Under the pieces are notes generated by a model. That model saw nothing but the letters and a program-made list of their open reading frames with translations, was not told where the DNA came from and made no database searches. A stretch of DNA of 64,000 bases from Podarcis tiliguerta (taxonomy: Eukaryota), in NCBI GenBank assembly GCA_965153285.1, contig OZ229112.1. One strand, written 5' to 3'. Of this stretch, positions 38,249-50,719 are shown piece by piece. Both the position numbers and the translations under genes were made by a program. Each line of letters starts with the position of its first letter. Position 1 is the stretch's first letter.

Positions 38249-40260
38249 GAACCAGGACTTGTGTTCAGCACAGAGGGGCAAATGTCAACAGCAGAGGACT
38301 CTTGCACTTTATGAATGCTGTGCTGAAACTTGCCCTCCAGTTTCTTGGAAGTTGCATTTACCTGCAAAAGAAGCTTCCATTTTCCTACTTTGTTCACAAA
38401 GCCCTTTGGAATTTCAATGAGTTCAGGGTTGAGATGGCCTTATTGTTATGAGATAGATGGCCAAAAGCTGGTACACATTGATTTCTTTGCAGTAAACACT
38501 GTCCCTGGCAGCCACGTTCTTAATTAGGCTCTCTGACCTCTAGAATATAAAAACAGCCCCCCCCCCCATTTTCACTTGTTTATAAGTCTGAGAAATTTTC
38601 TGTCATTGACCACCACAGGAGATGCAGAAACAATCTGCTGTCTCTACACCACAGCCAGTTACAAATCACTTTGCAGAGCAATTCCTGCCCCCATCATTTG
38701 GGGGGGGGGGGGCTGCTTTAAAAAGCAAAGTAACAATGCTGGCATATAAAGCTAGGAAAGGGTTAAGCAGAATGTTATCAGCTGCACCTGGCAATCAGAA
38801 GAGTCCCTCATGGCCTGTTAAGAAACTTCAGAGCATAGGCTGCAGTTCTCAATATCTGTTTACCAATCAGGTACTGTATATGTATTTTCACGTGGGCCAA
38901 TCACATGCATGCATTTGCAATACCTTGCTCTTCTGAATCGGTATCCATCAATCAGTTTGTTCCCTCGCTTTTAGAGCAAACAGGCTACCAAACCAGCAAC
39001 GGTGAGTCTATTTATTTTCTCATATATATTGAAATATACTCAGAATTCAACTCAGTACATGACATATATATTATATGTAGGTTTTATTTTCTACAGCGGA
39101 GTGGAGAAGGAAAGAGACTGAAAGGTTAGGAAAGCCTGAGGCAAGGATATTCCCTTTGTTCTCCATGCATGCAACCTTAGAAGAAGATGCGAAAAGTAAG
39201 CAACCAAGTATTATTTGTAAAAGGCGCTGGGAATGGTTCTGTTAGTTTTCTGCAGAAAGAGTATGTCTCTTTGTGTGTAAGTAACTGGAGTATGGTCAGT
39301 CTTTCCAGCATGGAGCTGTGTAATCAATAGTAATGTTTCTCAGAATGTAGGCCAAGCCCCTTTCAGGTAGGCCACAGTGCCTGCCCCAACCCTTACCTGC
39401 GCCTCAGATTTTTGATGCTCCACTGTCAACACCACAAGTCTTAGCTGAGCAAAGGTGGCCAGGAAACGGAGAAGTTTCAGTAGGGATGTTGGAAAGAAAG
39501 GTTTCACTCCTTTGAAGCAAAAGGGCCACAGGAAAGGTTGAAGGAAAGTAAAAATCGAGCTATAAATTTAATGAACTATTTTGTTGTTTAAACTCGGAAT
39601 AGAAAATAAAAATAAGAGAAATAATGTGTTGTAGGAGGAAGTGAATGTGAATGTTGCAAGGTGACTGTGAAAAGAGAACTGGAGAAGAATGCTTTGTGAT
39701 ACATGCAGGATTGGGAAGAGAACAAGGGAAAGCAAATTTTAGAGTTAGTGGATCAGCTGTGTAAAAGGGAGAGGCTGACTTTTATTGCCTCCCCTGTAGT
39801 TGAACTATGGAGCAACTTGCCGGAAGGATAAGGCTTTGGCCGTCTGCAACAATGGATTGAATATCGGTAGAAAGCTATATTAGTAATCATCTGTTGATTA
39901 TGTGGAATGCTTGTCTGCATCTGCCACCATTTTGTGACTTCTGGCCCTCAGTAATTTTCAGCTCTCTTAAATGGGCCCTGTGGGTAGAATGTTTGAGACC
40001 CATAACAAGAGTTTGTATGCATAGGGACTGCGTTTCTTTGGGTGTTGTGAGCTTTATACCTTTCTTCTTAGTTTCTCTGACATGTGAAAAACAACCACTA
40101 CCACCAGCTAATGAAGGCTGCATTTCAGTGTTTTGAATTTAATCCCCTGCATATTTACTTTGAACAAAGCTCAGTGTGTTCAATAGCCCTCACTCCAAAA
40201 AGTGGTGAGGATTCGGCTACATTGGCAAAGAAAAAGCACTTTATATGCATTGAATAATAA

Positions 40261-40804
40261 GGGACGCGGGTGGCGCTGTGGGTAAAACCTCAGCGCCTAG
40301 GACTTGACGATCACATGGTCGGCGGTTCGAATCCCCGTGGTGGGGTGCGCTCCCGTCGTTTGGTCCCAGACCCTTCCAACCTAGCAGTTCAAAAGCACTC
40401 TCGGGTGCAAGTAGATAAATAGGGGCCGCTTACTAGCGGGAAGGTAAACGGCGTTTCCGTGTGCGGCTCTGGCTCGCCAGAGCAGCGATGACACGCTGGC
40501 CACGTGACCCGGAAGTGTCTTCGGACAGCGCTGGCCCCCGGCCTCTTTGAGTGAGATGGGCGCACAACCCTAGAGTCTGTCAAGACTGGCCCGTACGGGC
40601 AGGGGTACCTTTACCAGCGGGAAGGTAAACGGTGTTCCGTGTGCTGCGCTGGCTTGCCAGATGCAGCTTGTCACGCTGGCCACGTGACCCGGAAGTGTCT
40701 GCGGAGAGCGCTGGCTCCCGGCCTATAGAGTGAGATGAGCGCACAACCCTAGAGTCTGGCAAGACTGGCCCGTATGGGCAGGGGTACCTTTACCTTTACC
40801 TTTT
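40261..40804 (+). mobile_element. Sauria SINE chimeric dimer (full unit + 5'-truncated second unit)
   Basis: Head GGGACGCGGGTGGCGCTG; first tail at about 40612; second unit 40613..40804; one 13-bp TSD TATGCATTGAATA at 40244..40256 / 40805..40817. Confidence 0.95.
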
Positions 40805-40930
40805 TATGCATTGAATATGCATTATAACACTGTGACACCAGATGGCGTTGTGGAGTTCTGTTTTCGCCAATCCAATTTCTCATACAAAGTTTACAACTCG
40901 TTAAACTGAAACACTTCTTTGATGTGTCTA
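40805..40930 (+). repeat. Unclassified old repeat, copy B (remainder at 40209..40256, split by the SINE)
   Basis: Inverted homology to 19051..19209. Confidence 0.8.
40832..40850 (+). promoter_or_regulatory. Candidate CTCF-binding motif
   Basis: GTGACACCAGATGGCGTTG versus consensus CCASYAGRKGGCRS; motif match only, no binding evidence. Confidence 0.4.
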
Positions 40931-41035
40931 CATCTAGCCTAAGCAAGGGTTTCTGCCTAGCCTACTTCAGAGTTGGAGCAAAGCTGGTAACTGATGTGAT
41001 TAATGACCACTTTTATAACTTGGAGACAAGCAGTA

Positions 41036-41249
41036 CAGTGGTACCTTGGGTTACAAACGCTTCTGGTTACAGACGCTTCAGGTTACAGACTCACTAACCC
41101 AGAAATAGTACCTTGGGTTAAGAACTTCAGGATGAGAACAGAAATCGCATGGCAGCAGTGGCAGCGGGAGGCCCTATAAGCTAAAGTGGTACCTCAGGTT
41201 AAGAACAGACCTCCGGAACGAATTACGTACTTAACCCAAGGTACCACTG
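41036..41249. mobile_element. Tigger/pogo-like MITE
   Basis: TIR CAGTGGTACCTTGGGTTA, TA TSD; opposite orientation to the 25586 copy. Confidence 0.93.
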
Positions 41250-42544
41250 TATATTTCAGTTGTAAGTGGCAGAAGTCTGCAATGGGGCAAAGATGTCCAG
41301 CCCTCGCAAGATGAAAGTATGCTCACTTTCTCCTGTTGTTCCTGCTTTTCTTACCTCTTCAGACTACCTCTTCAGACTACTACTGAAGAGGTAAGAAAGG
41401 AAGTCATTCAAAAACATGGCCAAGACCTAGATTTGGTTATGCCTTTACACTTAGAAAATGTAGTTGCTTATAACAGGGCAGGGCAGAAGAAAAGCAAGCT
41501 GTGAGTATGGGGTGGGCCCCCTTTTTATTTCTCTGGTGAGGCCCCTATGTGCAGTTGTGTAACAGATGGAACAGTTATAGCCTTTCTCAGTATAAAGATG
41601 TGATGGCAGGGATACTATTCTTCTTGGTTCCAACACTGTTGGCCTCCTATTGTGGGAGAAGAATGTAAATGCTGTAGTCTAGTTGCTTTGGATTTTAAAC
41701 TGAATATATTACGATGCATTCACCACCACTTGCTTTACCTCTACATTTTCTGCTGCCAAATACAATATTAAAAAACAGGCAAAGCCTAACCTGCCCATAC
41801 TTTCTTACTAGCCTGGGATACACAAACATTAGGTTGCTAACTGGCTCTTCCAAGCTGGATTGGGTCACTGATTTCCAAACTAAGACTGCCTACTTTGCTT
41901 GGATAGTCAGCCAGGAACCAACACAAGACATTGCTGCCACTAGCAGAGATGCTGTTTTGGAAACTTTTCAGTAATGGTTTACTATACTACCATCTTCTTT
42001 CTGCCAGCAAGCCCCATGATAAGTTCCACCTGGAAAAAGTTTCTTCTATTATTTATGAAAATGTATATACCCTGAAACTTCCACTCCTATGAGATGTGTA
42101 GGGCAACTAAAAAATTAGGTACAAAGGGATCAATCCATTAAAACAGTTTAAAACACCATTGATCACTACCAGCAGCAGAAACAAAAACAAAAAAGCCAGC
42201 CAGATCAACAAACTGGGGTAGTCATATTAGTGTTTCCAGATAATGTCTGTCTCCACAAAAATGGTCTGCTACTGAAAGGCCCCCCAAAATTGTGGTATGC
42301 AGGATCTCCCAGAGCAGAGCATCTGGACCACCACAGTTGTGTAGGTTTTGTTCCACACTCTCACTCTCCACAATCTGGGTAGCACTGATAGGAAGGCCTT
42401 ATTCAAAATCCTTACCCTCCACACCCAGCAGGGTAGCAGACTGTGGAACAAACTACCCTGCAATTGCCATGGGGTGGAGTGGGGCAGATTCTTGCGGAAG
42501 CACATGGTATTTTTACACAGCTGCTGTGGCTAGGAAGCCTATGT

Positions 42545-42692
42545 GAAAAAGAGGACAGGACTCATGCACATTGAAGAGTTCTGTAGAGGAGGGAATTTCA
42601 GCAGATGGCAAGCTGCACCTGGTGAAATTTCCCTTTCTACTCAGCTATTAAATGCTCTTGAGTCCTGCCCTTCTTTTCACATAGCCACCCTA
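42545..42692. mobile_element. Non-autonomous DNA element remnant with internal hairpin
   Basis: GAGGGAATTTCAGCAG...CTGGTGAAATTTCCCT hairpin and GCCACCCTA end; decayed relative at about 36745..36860. Confidence 0.45.
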
Positions 42693-44739
42693 ATCAAAGC
42701 CCAGTTGTCTGACCACATCTGGTCAAGAAGCATTCTTGTGATCTAAGAAAAATGGAGAAGCATGTATCTATCACTCCCCGAAGAAGCAGAACCATCACAG
42801 ACACAGAAATAGGACAGACTTTGAAAAGCACTAATCATGTTCTTCAATCAATGCTTTAATTGCTCTTTATTTGTATTTGGCTTCTCCTGCCTAACAGGCA
42901 GCATTCGCTTCAGCCTAACAAAAGGGCTGTGCTCTAGGGAATGTCTGAAGCCATCATTCAAAAATCAGTGAAGAACATTGAGTTTTGGGATTAGAAGGGT
43001 CAGAGTGAAAAATGATTGATCCCTTGCAGCTCTCCTGGGAGTGTCCATGTTGCCGTAAACAAGATAAAAGAAAGTTTATCCCTGCAGAATCACATTTAAG
43101 GAAAAAATTGATTTCTGAACAAACTAGATTAACAGGAAAATCATTATCAGTAGCTTAGATAAGTTGCAAACACCATTAACTTGAATGGTTTTTTTAAAAG
43201 CTCACCTGAACTTTCACCACTTCCTGCCATACCCTTAATTAATCTTCTCTCCTGTAAGCATTGCTGGAAATTTAATTTGGAGAGGGATATGATGAAGCTT
43301 ATGCAGCATTTGCACTCTACAAATTTTTTTCCTCTTGGACAGATTTTATGGCAAACCAGTTCTGCTTTGCTGACTGGTTCATTGTCATAATGAAAGTGAT
43401 AGGATGGTGGGTGAGATAAGGGAGCTTCATTACCCTCTGCCAATCCCGGCTGCACTGTTACACCAATCTTACAGAGGTGGTAGAAAAGTGGCATGGCTTT
43501 ACTGAATACCTGTGCATTAGAATTTAAGTAAAAGATCCTGGATAGTCAATTTGTGCCTTGCAAATGTTGTTGGACTCTCATTAGCCCCAATCAACCAGCA
43601 TGGCCAGTAGGAACACAGGAAGCCACCTTAGACTGAATCAGACCTTTTGTCTCTCCAGCTTCCCTTCACACACCCCTGACCAGCCTGCCTGCATTGCTTC
43701 TGACTATATTATCTATATTTTAATCTGGTGACTGTCGTTTTGGCCTCTTGTTTCAGTGCCGCTTTCCCTTGCTAAAAGGGCCCTCCCCCCACCTCCATCT
43801 CCCTCAATTTATTTCTCTCATCCAGGGATATTTTATCCTAAAAGCATTAACAAGGCTTTCATTTTCTGTGGCACTGTACTGTATCCCTCCTCATTTCTCC
43901 GTAGAAACTGCCTTCAAATTCACCAAAGGTACCTTGCTTTGCAACAACGTTACATGTCTATTTGGAACAGTTATCCATGCTGAGTTCAGTGGGACTTACT
44001 CCCTGGAAAAGGTGTCCAGGGCTACAGCCTACATCTCATTGCATGAGATTATTTATATTTTCCCATAGATGGCTAAACTACTGCCAGCTACTCGAACATG
44101 CCCTGAATGTTAGTGAAGAATCTGTCTTAAACAGCTGTGCAGGTGCACCTGAAATTTACAAGCGTCTCATCATTTTGATACATAACCATAACTAGATTTT
44201 ATGGGGTGTGACTTGCTACACTAGCTTTCGTGTATTTAACAGTCATCATCTGCAGCTGCAGGAAGTTATGGGCATCCAAGTACGAGTTTATGGCCAATTA
44301 CTTTTATCGGAAGGGACCTCCCCCTCCAACAAACTTTCTGTGTTTCCTTTATGTGGCCAGATGCAACTATATTGATAATTCATTGCTTGTTGACCAGGCA
44401 GGTTGCAAATCTAACCCAGCGAAGAAGGACAGAAGTTTGCAACTGGGAAAAGGTTAGAAAATAATGAGAACCGCAACTAGACATTTTCTCCAGTTCACTT
44501 TGCTGCGAGACTGGTTTGTGTAGTCGTCACTGTTGATAAGTTTGTAGCTTATGCAGCAATCCTAACCCCACTTACCTGGAAGTAAGCACCACTGAATAAA
44601 CTGGTACATACTTTGAATAGACATGGGTTGCAGCCTTAATTAATGTTTAAAAATAGGACAGAAAGAACATTATCATCAGATTCACATACATGAACGGGAA
44701 AGTATCAGAGCAGTAGTATTATGAGTGACTAGTATGACT

Positions 44740-44925
44740 GAAACCAGTGTGATGTAATGTTTAGAATGTTAGACTTAGATCAGAGACCCAAGCTCAAGTC
44801 TTGGCTCACTAGGTGACTAGGCTGGTCACCATCTCTCAGTGTAACCTCCTTTACAGTGTTGTTGTGAGGCTCATGTAGAGAGGAAGGAAATAATGTACAC
44901 TGCACTGAGCACCCTGGACTAAGTG
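44740..44925 (+). mobile_element. Old tRNA-derived SINE (Squam3/MIR-like)
   Basis: CCAGTGTGATGTAATG head, GCTCACTAGGTGACTAGGCTGGTCAC core. Confidence 0.6.
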
Positions 44926-46889
44926 CTTACTAATGAAGTGCATTTTTTATGGTGCATTTATTATGCAACTGTCTTGAATGGTCTTTTATAGGGAGATACT
45001 GTGAGCGACAATATATTGATGTCTTTCTGTTTTTTTCTGTTTTGTCATTATTGTGAACCACTTTGAGTATATAGAAAAGATGTATTAAAGCTGCTAAACG
45101 CCTATATCCACACCCACCCACAGTAATGTGCTAAACAAAACATTTACTGTATTCCATAGGAGTAAATTGAGGACAGTCTGCTAAATCTTGCAGCCACTTA
45201 AAAGGCATGAAGATGATGCTATGGGCAAGTTCTGGGAGGAATTACTCTTATACAGAGCTTACATATTCATAACTTACGATGGAGAATTGAAATATCTGGC
45301 ACACGTTTCCACACAAACCTGTGACAATAGCCCAGATGTTATGCAGTAGCAGACTCTTCCTATTACGAAGTCCAGGTACCAGAGCTTTTGGTAAAAGTTA
45401 ATGAGAGCTTATGGACCCTATTCATGGAAGAAGCACATACTTTCCGGTTTAGGCTTAAATTTTGGTTCAGGAATATGGTGCTGGTTTGCAGCATTTATGT
45501 AACATTTTCAACAATTGAATATATTTGACTTCCCTTTTCCCCCCAAAAGGATGGTTGCCGCCATCACCAACTGTGCTAGACAAAGTCCACACAAAGGCTT
45601 TCCCCAACAATCTGTTTATTATACCTAACAAACACTACACCTCCAATTGGCATTACATGAGTGGTATGCCAAAGTCACTGTTAAGAGAAACTGTGTATGT
45701 AAAAGCCTTTGGACTCCAGTCAGTGTGGGTTCAACCAAACAGGCAGAAAAGGGAGAGAGGGTGTAGAACATTAGAATTTAAGGGAAATAACTTTTACTAG
45801 ATGCAATAGCCCATTCCCAAATCTTGCTTTTGGAAGAATAATAAAATATCTAATTAAAGATAGCTTATTTGGCATGATAACAACATCAGAAAAGCAAAAT
45901 GTATGCTCCGGCTCACACAAAGAAAAGCAAGGACAAATATAAAATGACCTAGAGCTTTTTGAAATTGCACTGTAGTGTGGAAATACTAAAACAGGCATCT
46001 GTAAAACTGGATTAAATAGCATGGAAGATGCTTTCTTTGGTATCTGTTACATGCACTGACATGACTTCTTAATAATAATAACAACTATTTTCCAGGTCCA
46101 AATACAGGGCACCACAATACAACAAATCTCTGATTTGATAGTGAAAATGATCCTAAAAAGTATTATGTCCTGAAAATGAGCCAATAGGACCTTACAACTG
46201 TCAAGGTGAAAATATTGCAGAATTACTCCCTGCTGCTGAAATAGATGAGATAGTATTGTTAAGACAAATGGAAAAATGCTACTGCCATGAAGGAAATTAT
46301 TCCTCCTAATGCATACCTGGACCCTTTATTTTTTAGCGAATCTCTCACCAGAACCTATAAAGCAAATTAGGTTTTATACGCCTCTGACAGCTTTGCTTTT
46401 TAACATAAGATATTTGTTCCTTGGTGATTTATTTTTACATTTTTCAAGGTTACAAAGGGCAGAACTATATGATTTTGGATGTTCGTGGACACACTTTAAG
46501 TCTGAATATTCTGTACACATGTAAACAAGGTGTGCCTGTCTGTGAGAGTAAGACTTCTTTTAGAGTTGGGCACGAAGGAACAATCAGAAATAGATTAGGA
46601 CAAGTGTCCTTCATGTTGATTGACCTTTTCAGTTTCTTCTGTCCCGCTCCCTCTCTCCAGCTGGCCTCTTTGCTTTACTCCTAAAGTATAATGAAATGTT
46701 TGCTTTCCCCATACAATAGTTCCCAGCCTTGCTTCACAATTCAAGAAACAATACCTCTTTCCCACATGCTCTGCATAAATACACAAGGCCAGAAAATATG
46801 TAGGGGACCAAGCACATGTGCACTGACCCCACCCTCATGCCCCCCCCCATGCACTGCCTCTGCCACTCCCCAATCTCAAACGTTTAGTG

Positions 46890-47016
46890 CAACATGACCA
46901 ACCTTGGCCCTCCAGCTGTTTTGGGACTACAATTCCCATCATCCCTGACCTGTTAGCTAGGGATGATGGGAGTTGTAGTCCCAAAACGGCTGGAGGGCCA
47001 CGTTAGGCCATGCCTG
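46890..47016. mobile_element. hAT MITE (same family as 10020..10155)
   Basis: Palindromic GGCCCTCCAGCTGTTTTGGGACTACAA...TTGTAGTCCCAAAACGGCTGGAGGGCC; ends GGCCATGCCTG. Confidence 0.88.
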
Positions 47017-47017
47017 G

Positions 47018-47396
47018 TCTAAAGGGAGCTACTTGGTTGATTTGGCTAAATGCTTTTAAATGCCTCGCCATGATTGGTTAGTTTGCATTATCAGAGTTCC
47101 TGGTCTCAATGTGTCTTCTAAGTGTGTTCTAGGATGTCCTCCTCCTTGGACCTTCCCACTTAGCATGGGAAGGGTGGCGGTATACACTTGGGCCATTGGA
47201 GACAAGGATGTCATGTTTCAGGGTGAATATCTGAAGAGGATACCTACACCATAGATATGTGTGCGTGGGATGTGAAAGGGCCTTGTGTATTTGACTTCCT
47301 GTGTGTGTCACACACATAGATATGAAGGAGTTGCTTTAGATGCATATATAATGTGGGAAAACATTACGTTTTGATAGATTTATGGTGAAGGCTAGA
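47018..47396 (+). repeat. Duplicated ~380-bp segment, copy 2
   Basis: Copy of 28232..28613. Confidence 0.95.
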
Positions 47397-48254
47397 GAAC
47401 ATAATCTCCTACAGCTTATTAATTGTGCCTAATGCATTCCTCCTTTTGAAGAAATACTTGATCATTATCAAAAGCAATTTCCAGTGGTTTCCTTGCCTAC
47501 CCATACAGGTGCAAAGTGACACAAATGCTCCAGGTCTGGTTTTCTGCTCTGCAGAAATTGCCAGCCCTGTGTGGTGGTGCACTTATTAGCCTGTCATTTC
47601 TGCTGAGGTTGATGCTGTGCGATACTGGCTGATTGTTGAAGTTGCCTATTAATATGCTTGCTGCAGGTTGCTAATGCAATTTAATCTCTATTATAATATT
47701 AAACTAATAAAAATGTCATTTAAATACCTTTATAAACTCTCATTTTTAATTTCCTGGAGTCAGAGCTTAAGTTAACAGCTTAACTTTCTAATTCTGGTTT
47801 CTGGGTCACTATGGTTTCCCCATTACCAGCACTGAAGAAACAAATTTTAGAGAATGAGCAAATTCCATTATAGTTAATGGGAGGTCTTGCAAATCCATGT
47901 TGAATCAATATATGCAACTACAGGCAATTCCTGATTTGTGTGGGGCTTGCATTCCAGGTCGTTGTGCATTTGTGTGAAACAGTGTGCAATTGAAATACCC
48001 CATTCTGCCCCCACCCTGCCCCTGTTCTGCCCTTTTAGTGATGACCTTTTTATAACATTTCCGGGTCATTTCCAGGTTTGACACTGTGTATGTGTGCCCA
48101 ATTGCACACATATTGTTTGTGCCTAAAACAGGGGATGCCTTGAACCTCATTGGTCAAGCAAATGTCTCAGGGGATGCCTCATCAGTTTCACTAAGGAAGA
48201 CAGGTCTCTGCATTATACCAATTAAATCATTGGTTCATATAGCTCAAGTATTTT

Positions 48255-48385
48255 TGACACTGAATCCCAGTGACTCTCTCTAGAGTTTCAGACAGGAGCT
48301 TCTTCCAGTCCCAAAGTTCTTGGAGATGCCAGGGGTTGAACATCTTTTGCATGCAAAGCATGCATTTTAGCTACTCGGTTATAGC
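48255..48385 (-). mobile_element. Decayed tRNA-headed SINE
   Basis: Minus strand: CATGCTTTGCATGCAAAAGATGTTCAACCCCTGGCATCTCC (tRNA-like head with decayed B box). Confidence 0.5.
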
Positions 48386-49559
48386 TAGTGCATGGAAAGT
48401 TCATTTTAAAAAGCAATTAGTACAAGTTACACCCTCCATAAAGGAATTAGTTCCAGTTCACCTCTCCAAAAAAGGAACTGATTCTGTTACAGTTCTGTTT
48501 ACTATTCAATTCATAATTCATTTGTGTGCTCCTTGGCTCCTGCTCCCCCCCGCCCAAGGATTCAGAGTTTTACAAGCTGCTTTGCTGAAATATACAATAT
48601 ACTTTTTTAAAAAACCACAAAAAAGAAATTTAAATTCGGATATTAAGGGGGGGCGGATTAAAGGTTTCAGGAATTGTACAACACCCATAATTCCAACTGC
48701 AGGAAACAATCACTGTCCAGAGGTTTGGCTTCATTTAAAATAGCTAGGTGTTCCCTTATCACCTATTTTCTTAGCTTGGGCTGCAGCTGCCTACTTGCAC
48801 TGTTTATTCTGTTATCACCAGGATGGGCAAAGAGGCAAAGAAGGTGTTGAGCAGTTCCACCTTCTCTCTGTCACCCAACACTCTGCTCCGTCTTCTCCAC
48901 GCAGAGGACCTACTACTTGCTTGTTCTTCTTGCTTCAAACATAGCCAAAGAATCATTTATTATTATTTTTTAACCTCTCTAGCAAGCCTGAGCTCATTCC
49001 GAGCTTTGGCCTGCCTGACCTCCTTCCTGCAACTTTTGACTACTCGGAACACACTCCTCCTTCGTGATTCCTCCATTTCTTATGCATGCCATTCTTACAT
49101 CTCAGCTCATCTGTAAGCTCCAACCTCCATTTCAAACTGGTGTGCAATCCCTTTACCTACACCATTTCCTCATTGCATTTGCAGTGGAGTCTCATCACAG
49201 AAGCCATCAAAGTGAAAGAATTCGGCGTGGTGTGTACACTGCTTACATGAATCACAGTGCAGTATACAGCACTGACTAAGCAATCTGCACAAACAGCTTT
49301 CCATTACCAAGATGGTAAAGGACTTATTAAAGCAGATGTGCCTTTACATCTGAGCATAATGGCAAGGTTGATTTTAAAGATATGTATAAATCAACCAGTG
49401 GCACCTTTAGGTAGAAGGCAATGCACACAAATAAGAATACATTATATAATCCATAATACCACAATGAAACATTTGGCAACAATGCATCCATCAGGAATAT
49501 GCAGCAATAAAATGTTAACAGCTAGTCAACCCTCACTCGACTTGTGAACCTGTTAAATA

Positions 49560-49985
49560 TAAGAAATATCTTCCTTAACCCAAAGATCTGCATCTGGTAA
49601 TAAAGCCAGTTAGGGTGATGGTCGGCCATAGAGGCCGTCCTTGGTTTGTTCAAGGGTATAGGTTCCATGACAGATAAGGCACTGCTCCATAGTCTAGATA
49701 ACTTCACCTGGGTGCAAAATGTAGTGCAACCTGAACATGGCCTCATCAGCAGTTCTCAAAGAATGAGAGATGGGACAATGTTGTTCAAGGTTTTAAGCAC
49801 TGATACTTTAAGGTGGCCTTGAAAACATTCAGGCAGCCAGGTTAGCTGAGTCAAAACTGGTGTTATATTCCCCAAATCTTGACCCCCCTAATCAGGTGAC
49901 AAACAGCAGCATTCTGGATGTGCTACAGTTTCTAGGAAGTTTTCAAATGTCCCTTCTAGATAGAGCACATATTAGTAATCTGTTA
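49560..49985 (-). mobile_element. L2 LINE fragment, decayed
   Basis: Minus-strand remnant of the DYCN.LY.GLPLK..KLQL.QNAAA region. Confidence 0.6.
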
Positions 49986-50484
49986 GGCTGATCTTTTGGG
50001 TTGGGGAAAAATTCAGCTGCCTTCAGTAGATGAGGCATTTTCCTCAGGATCACTGCAGGGAAGAAAATAGTTAAATTCCCCTTCTTGCTAGCTTTAATCC
50101 CCTCAGTTATCAACCCCAACACCTGATGCAATTTGTATATATAAATATATATATATTTTAAATAACCCCTCTGAAGGGGTATTTAATGTCATGTGAAAGC
50201 AACATACATCTTTCTGTAGGCAAAATGGGAGAGGGGTCATATCCAGAGCAGATCTTATACAACATCTGGGTGGATTCAAGACTTGTGATGCAACATTAGT
50301 GCACTGTGCAGGGACACAGTTCTACAGTTACCGCTTCATCAGTGTAGCTGTTTATGGATAACAGGTTGTTGTTCAGCTGCAACAATGGCCGTCAGGATAT
50401 GCACAGAGTTTTGTAATGAAATAGATTTATTTTTTTAATGCAGCCCTAACACCTCCAGCAGGCTTACTTTTGTGCATTATATGT

Positions 50485-50719
50485 AACTCGGGTTACATAC
50501 CGTTCTCCTTACGAATGCTTCCGGTAATGAGCTCCACTAACCCAGAAGTAGATGCCCCTAGTTGCGAATTTTGCCCCAGGATGAGAACGGAAATCACGCA
50601 CCAGCGGCACGGCAGCAGCAGGAGGTCCCATTAGCGAAAGCGCGCCTCATGTTAAGAACGGTTTCGGCTTAAGAACAGACCTCCGGAACAAATTAAGTTT
50701 GTAACTGGAGGTACCACTG
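50485..50719. mobile_element. Tigger/pogo-like MITE, older copy, left TIR eroded
   Basis: Body homologous to other copies; right end GAGGTACCACTG-TA. Confidence 0.85.

Noticed and set aside
40805-40834. CACAGTG heptamer (minus strand) suggesting a V(D)J signal
   Set aside because: No ACAAAAACC-like nonamer at 12 or 23 bp, and no V/J segment nearby.
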